Both the position numbers and the translations under genes were made by a program. Shown here in pieces: positions 59,091 through 64,000 of a DNA stretch of 64,000 nt. The DNA lies in the IMG/VR virus record IMGVR_UViG_2643221865_000004; one strand, written 5' to 3'. The stretch is from an uncultured virus (IMG/VR IMGVR_UViG_2643221865_000004). Its lineage: Duplodnaviria > Heunggongvirae > Uroviricota > Caudoviricetes. The notes under the pieces are model-generated. The model saw nothing but the letters and a program-made list of their open reading frames with translations, did not search any database and was not told the origin of the DNA. The first letter of the stretch is position 1. Each line of letters opens with the position of its first letter.

Positions 59091-60083
59091 TTACTCGCAG
59101 TCGCCAGAGAATTGGCTTTGGATGTCGGGTGAGATTCCGGAGTAGGTGGCTGTGTACACGCCGGCGCCGCCCTTCAGCACCTTCGTCAATGAGCCGCTAC
59201 CGGTGATGGTTCCTCCGCCGGTAGAGCCGGCTGGTCCCTTGACAGTCAGGGTCAGTGTTCCCGATCCGCCAAGACGGAAGCTGACGGTGTTCCCGCTGGA
59301 GTAGCACTCGGTGGTGAACGTGGACGACGCCGATGTTGGAACTCCGGGCTTCACGACTGGGTTGCCGCCACCACCGCCGCCACCGCCGGAACTGGGAGTC
59401 CCCGGGTCGGCAGGTGCCGGCTGCACGGGGGCCGGCTGCACAGGCGCTGGCTGCTCAGGCGCGGGCTGCTGAGGTGCGGGCTGCTGCGGTGTTTGCTCCT
59501 CGGCCTCGTTCTTGGCTGCTTCCTCCGCCGCCTTCTCCGCTGCGGCCTTGGCGTCGGCAGCCTTCTTGTCGGCGGCGGCCTTCTTGTCAGCCGCCGCTTT
59601 CTTCACCGCGTCGGTCTTCTCGTTCAGCCCGTCGGTGGCGTCGGCGAGCGATGACGTGCAGGAAAGGATCTCGGCCGGGCTCGATGACTTCTTCACATAG
59701 TCGGTGCACCGGTCGAACCACATCTGCGGTGTCTTCAGGTCCGACGCTACGACTTTGGCTTTCGTCGCGTCGGAGAGCGCTTTCGCGGACTTCTTCAGTT
59801 GCCCTTCCGCTGCTTTCTTCGCTGCGTCCAGGTCGTCTTTGTTGACGGTCGGTTTGGCGGTCTTCGAGGTGCCTGCGACATCGCCGGCGGTCTCTTTGAC
59901 CCAACCGGAGACGGTGCCGTACAGGGGTCCCCACTGGGTTCCCACTCCCGCGGTCAGCGAGCCGACGATGACGGCGGCGAGGAGGATCCGCGCTGTCTTC
60001 GTGCGGGCGTAGTACTTGGCGGTGTCACGTTTCCGGCGCAGCAGGACGACGGGTGCGTCATCGGCGTGGTCGGTGCGTTTCAC
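59091..60083 (-). CDS. membrane-anchored/secreted protein with Q/P-rich linker
   Basis: TM, helical domain, QPAP repeats, beta-rich C-terminal domain; class C motif 18 nt upstream. Confidence 0.8.
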   Translation of the reverse strand: MKRTDHADDAPVVLLRRKRDTAKYYARTKTARILLAAVIVGSLTAGVGTQWGPLYGTVSGWVKETAGDVAGTSKTAKPTVNKDDLDAAKKAAEGQLKKSAKALSDATKAKVVASDLKTPQMWFDRCTDYVKKSSSPAEILSCTSSLADATDGLNEKTDAVKKAAADKKAAADKKAADAKAAAEKAAEEAAKNEAEEQTPQQPAPQQPAPEQPAPVQPAPVQPAPADPGTPSSGGGGGGGGNPVVKPGVPTSASSTFTTECYSSGNTVSFRLGGSGTLTLTVKGPAGSTGGGTITGSGSLTKVLKGGAGVYTATYSGISPDIQSQFSGDCE

Positions 60084-60117
60084 GCACCGTTGACATGTGG
60101 CGACAGGAGGGTACGAG

Positions 60118-60152
60118 AAAGCCCCGCACCCAGGTGAGGGTGCGGGGCTTTC
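60118..60152 (-). terminator. intrinsic terminator
   Basis: GAAAGCCCCGCACC...GGTGCGGGGCTTTC. Confidence 0.8.
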
Positions 60153-60194
60153 GACTTGCTGTTCAGATCACAGGAGCGAGCTCCTGCTCACCTG

Positions 60195-60743
60195 CTAGAA
60201 GTCGTAGTCGTCGTCATCCACGGCGACGGCCGCGGGGGCGGCAGCGACGGGGACGGCGACGGGGGCTGCCACGGGGGCAGCGACGGCCGGAGCTGCGACA
60301 GCAGCTGCGGGTGCAGCCACGGCGGCTGCGGCGGGGGCGCCGACGGGAGCGGCGGCGACGGCGGTCGTCGGCGTGTTCTTCGCACGGCGAGTGAACGTCG
60401 TGGTGCCGAAGCGGAGCGTGGGGCCGACCTCGTCGACCTCGAGCTCGATCACGGTGCGCTTCTCGCCCTCCTTCGTCTCGTACGAGCGCTGCTTGAGCTC
60501 GCCGATGGCGAAGACGTTGTCGCCCTTGTGGGCCGACGCGGCGAAGTTCTCCGCGTACTCACGCCACAGCGAAGCACGGATGAACAGCGGCTCGCCGTCC
60601 TTGAACTGGCCCGACTCACGGTCGAAGACGCGGGGCGTCGACGCGATCGTGAAGTTGGCGACTGCCACACCGCTCTGGGTGTAGCGGAGCTCCGGGTCAG
60701 CGGTCAGGTTGCCGACGATGGGGAAGCCGTACTGGTTCGTCAT
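60195..60743 (-). CDS. ssb: single-stranded DNA-binding protein
   Basis: [30 protein letters not shown]; acidic tail DDDDYDF. Confidence 0.95.
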   Translation of the reverse strand: MTNQYGFPIVGNLTADPELRYTQSGVAVANFTIASTPRVFDRESGQFKDGEPLFIRASLWREYAENFAASAHKGDNVFAIGELKQRSYETKEGEKRTVIELEVDEVGPTLRFGTTTFTRRAKNTPTTAVAAAPVGAPAAAAVAAPAAAVAAPAVAAPVAAPVAVPVAAAPAAVAVDDDDYDF

Positions 60744-60862
60744 TTCTGGGTATCTTCTTTCGTTTCGTATCAGTGAATGGCGGCGTGTGTGCTGCCACAT
60801 CCTTCATGTGCGGATTCAGCACGTTTTGCTGAAACCGGTTCTTCCGGCGGGTGCCGGCAGGT

Positions 60863-61141
60863 TTATAGGTGTGCGGTCTCGTGAACGAGGGTCCGTCGGA
60901 TGGTGGAGAAGACCTTCTCCTCGCTGGCGCCGGTTTCGTTCTGCACCAGCTGAATCAGGAGACGGCTGATGTTGGAGAGCGCGTGGACGCGACGCTCCAA
61001 CGTGAGGCCGGCGGATGCGTAACCGGCGGCGGTTGCGTCGTCGTGGCTGAGTGCCTCCAGGGCGGCGAGCATCTGGAGTGCGTCGTCGGCCGGGTTCAGC
61101 CACTGGGTGGTGTCGGTGTTGTCGGAGACGATGGTGCTCAT
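60863..61141 (-). CDS. small helical hypothetical protein (92 aa)
   Basis: MSTIVSD...; ATGA overlap with Orn-like gene. Confidence 0.6.
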   Translation of the reverse strand: MSTIVSDNTDTTQWLNPADDALQMLAALEALSHDDATAAGYASAGLTLERRVHALSNISRLLIQLVQNETGASEEKVFSTIRRTLVHETAHL

Positions 61142-61788
61142 ACGGCTACTTCCTGGTGTGCGACACGCTGTGCGTGGGCGCGGTACATGTCCGCTTGGAT
61201 TCGGGCTTCGGCGAGGTGGAGGCGAATGTCGACGATGGCGCGGTGGTTCTTCCCGTCGTTCACGCCGGTCAGGTCGGTGCCGGTTGCGCGGCGGTATGCC
61301 TTCCGGACGAGGCCGACGTCGTTGGTCTCTCGGTCGTCCAGCAGGGAACGCAGCGCCGGGGTCTTGTGGAGCAGCATCTTCGTGTCGTACTGCCAGACAC
61401 CGGACCCGGACAGGACCAGGGTTCCGTTGTGCGGGTAGCTCTTGATCAGGTCGATGATCTGACGCTCGACGAGCTCGACGGTGGGGAGCTCCTGTCGGAG
61501 GATCGGGTCGGAGATGATCGCCATCAGCCCGTTGCCGGTGTGCATCTCGCGCACCGGATCGTTCGCGGCGGCGCGGTTGACGGCGGCTTCGGAGGCGAAC
61601 ACCACAGCTTCGTACTCGAACAGGGTGTCGAGGTTGTTGTTGGTCCCGATGACACCGAACTCGATGATGTCGTCCAGGACCGGGTCGAGCCCTGTCGCTT
61701 CCAGGTCGACCCAGAGATGGGTGAGGGTGTTGTCGGTCATGGTGGTGTGGTCTGCCGGGACGGCAGCCTCCATTCGGATGTAGGGCAT
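61138..61788 (-). CDS. orn: oligoribonuclease-like DEDDh exonuclease
   Basis: LWVDLEATGLD..IIE..MHTGNGL..HRAIVDI; class B motif at 61804. Confidence 0.8.
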   Translation of the reverse strand: MPYIRMEAAVPADHTTMTDNTLTHLWVDLEATGLDPVLDDIIEFGVIGTNNNLDTLFEYEAVVFASEAAVNRAAANDPVREMHTGNGLMAIISDPILRQELPTVELVERQIIDLIKSYPHNGTLVLSGSGVWQYDTKMLLHKTPALRSLLDDRETNDVGLVRKAYRRATGTDLTGVNDGKNHRAIVDIRLHLAEARIQADMYRAHAQRVAHQEVAV

Positions 61789-61814
61789 GGGGTCTGATTC
61801 CTTCATGTGCGGAC

Positions 61815-64000
61815 TCACGGGATAATGAAGCCGCCGAGGATGCCGCCCGTCCTGCGGTCCAACTTCGAGTCGGGCATGTGGAACGGTTCGGGCTTCTTCG
61901 GCTGGTTGACGCCGTTCTTCTTGAACAGGCTGGAGAGGGCTGCACGGTCGGCGGCGTCCTCGTCGTCGTCACCGTCAGCTGCAGGAGCAGCCTGTGCAGG
62001 TGCCGGCTCCGCGGGGACGCCGAACATCTCCTCGTCAGACAGCTCATCGCCGAGAAGGTCGAGAAGGTCGTCGGGGACGTCTGCGGGGATGTCGAACTCG
62101 TACATGTCGACCGGTGCGTCCACGGGGAACGGCAGGTCGATCAGGTCGTCCGGGACAGACGGTGCGGTCGGTGCTGTCGGCGTCTGGTCGACGGCAGGCG
62201 CCGCGGGCAGTTCCGGTGCGGGGAGGCGGGAGTTGTCCTTCGCGCGTCCGTTCGGCCCGACAGCAGGTGGCTTCGACTTCGCCTTCTCGACGGGGGTCTT
62301 CACCAGCTTCAGAAGCTGCAGAACCGGGACTTCGGGCAGTTCACGGGGTGCGCTGCGGGCGGTGTCCTGGATGAACGCTCCAACAGCCGGGTCGGTCAGG
62401 CTGATCGGGAACACCCGGCGGAACGTCATCTCCTTCGTGGTGACGGTTTCGATGACGTTGCCGTCCTCATCCTCGACGTCGCGGGAGCGCATCTGCACGG
62501 AACCGAACGCGGCGACGATCGAACCGACCTCCGGGGCGTTCCTCACCGTCTTCAGCGCGTCGTCCCACATGACGCCGGCGATCCGAGCGCCAGCAGCTTC
62601 GAGGGTGATGTTGGCGCGTCGGCCCTTCGCGTACGGGGACTCCGCCCACTGAGACAGCAGCCCTGCAGTGAGGACGTCGGCGTTGTGGGTGTCGGGAATC
62701 TTGTTGACCGGCTTCGCGCGGGCGCCCTGGCTTCGGGACACCTTCTGGAGGCGCCAGTCGTCGTCGAGCTCCACACCGGGCAGCGTCCACGCCATCATCT
62801 GCTCGCGCAGGGACCGCAGCGGGTGTTCGCCGAGCGAAACTCCGAGACGGGCACGCTGACGCATCGACTTCTCCAGGATCCCGAACTCGGCGTCCGGGAT
62901 CGGAAGCCTGGAGTTGCTGCGAAGCGCTCGGACCACCATCAGCTGGCCGAGGCGGGGGCCGAATGAGTCCATTGCTCCGGCTTCGATCAGGCCTTCCAGG
63001 CCTGCGATCGACGGAGCCTTCTTGTCGGGGACGTTGTAGAGGCGGGTGACGAGCGTCCCGAGACCGGTGAACGGAACCTTCGCGTGGTCGCGGATCTCTA
63101 CGATGTCCTCGCCGAGCTGGCCGACCTTGTCGATCTCAGCAAGGCCGATGCGGACGGAGAGGCCTTCCGGCGAGGTGACCTTCTGGGAACGGTTCACGTC
63201 GGGCGGGAGGATCTCCACGCCTTCCTCCTGGAGGGCGTCGATCGCGGCGAGGCGTCGTTCCTTCTCGCTGGTGGTTGCGAGGATCGCAGCGCCATACTCA
63301 GCCGGCCAGTTCGCTTTCAGGAACGCGGTGATGTACGAAATCTGGGCGTACGCGGCGGAGTGTGAGGCGTTGAACAGGTACGAAGCCGAACCCTTCATCG
63401 CCTCCATCAGCTTCTCGGCGGTCTCCCGCTTGAACTTGATGCTGGTGACGTTTCCGTTCTCGTCACGGAACTCCTGCACGGCGCCGTCGAGGAAGTACTT
63501 GGTGACCTCCGCCATGACGTCGGCCTTCTTCTTCGCCACCGCCTTGCGGAGCTTGGAGCGGAGGACAGCATCGAAGCCGGCGACGACTGAACCCAGACGC
63601 ATGAGCTGCTCCTGGTAGACCCATACGCCGTAGGTCTCACCGAGGACGGACGCGATGGCTTCCTGCTCTGCAGGGTCGTCGGTGAACTGGGAGTAGTCGA
63701 CCTGGGCGGTGCCGGCCTTACGGTCGGAGTACTGGTCGACCATGCCTGCGGACAGGGGTCCGGGGCGGAACAGGGCGAGGATGGCGGAGAGGTCGTTCAG
63801 TGACTCCGGTCCGACATCCTGTGCGACCTTCTTCATGCCGGACGATTCCATCTGGAACACACCGGCGGTCTGGCCGGCGCGGAGCACCGAGTAGGCCTTG
63901 TCGACGCGGGAGTCGCCCTTCGTGTTCGGGTGCGGGAGGTTGCGGGCGTCGAGGTGCTCGCCGGTGGTCTCCTCGATGAACTCGATCGCCTGGGAGACGA
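61815..64000 (-). CDS. dnaE: DNA polymerase III alpha subunit (5'-truncated by window edge)
   Basis: GVFQMESSGM, ALFRPGP, VYQEQLM, YLFNASHSAAY, ILPPDVNRS, OB fold; frame open to window end. Confidence 0.95.
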   Translation of the reverse strand, partial: VSQAIEFIEETTGEHLDARNLPHPNTKGDSRVDKAYSVLRAGQTAGVFQMESSGMKKVAQDVGPESLNDLSAILALFRPGPLSAGMVDQYSDRKAGTAQVDYSQFTDDPAEQEAIASVLGETYGVWVYQEQLMRLGSVVAGFDAVLRSKLRKAVAKKKADVMAEVTKYFLDGAVQEFRDENGNVTSIKFKRETAEKLMEAMKGSASYLFNASHSAAYAQISYITAFLKANWPAEYGAAILATTSEKERRLAAIDALQEEGVEILPPDVNRSQKVTSPEGLSVRIGLAEIDKVGQLGEDIVEIRDHAKVPFTGLGTLVTRLYNVPDKKAPSIAGLEGLIEAGAMDSFGPRLGQLMVVRALRSNSRLPIPDAEFGILEKSMRQRARLGVSLGEHPLRSLREQMMAWTLPGVELDDDWRLQKVSRSQGARAKPVNKIPDTHNADVLTAGLLSQWAESPYAKGRRANITLEAAGARIAGVMWDDALKTVRNAPEVGSIVAAFGSVQMRSRDVEDEDGNVIETVTTKEMTFRRVFPISLTDPAVGAFIQDTARSAPRELPEVPVLQLLKLVKTPVEKAKSKPPAVGPNGRAKDNSRLPAPELPAAPAVDQTPTAPTAPSVPDDLIDLPFPVDAPVDMYEFDIPADVPDDLLDLLGDELSDEEMFGVPAEPAPAQAAPAADGDDDEDAADRAALSSLFKKNGVNQPKKPEPFHMPDSKLDRRTGGILGGFIIP

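Overview
High-GC (actinobacterial, probably Microbacteriaceae-like; inference) segment with ~65 genes, about 90% on the minus strand. It looks like part of a giant conjugative plasmid or plasmid-like element, not chromosomal core and not a phage structural region. It encodes its own replication and nucleic-acid kit (DnaE C-terminal part, SSB, Orn-like exonuclease, SNF2 helicase with an Ala-start class-3-type intein, ParB-like pair, ArdC-like protein, PNK-like kinase, HAD, metallophosphoesterase, RlaP-like nucleotidyltransferase). It also encodes Gram-positive transfer/envelope genes (VirB6/TrbL-like, pilin-like, two M23 hydrolases, signal peptidase I, repeat adhesin) and many paralogous hypotheticals. 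Main observation: about 45 copies of a GCC(A/G)CA(C/T)-core motif sit upstream of genes, in ~25 cases beginning 18-19 nt before the start codon (leaderless geometry). The motif occurs in three variants that broadly sort genes by function: A (GCCACACACCTA) precedes unrelated proteins sharing a short R..G-x-F/Y..L peptide tag, B (CCGCACATG) precedes mostly nucleic-acid enzymes, and C (GCCACATGYC) precedes mostly transfer/envelope genes. This suggests an element-specific transcription programme plus a tagged protein-cargo set. All functional calls come from motif recognition by eye; no searches were run.
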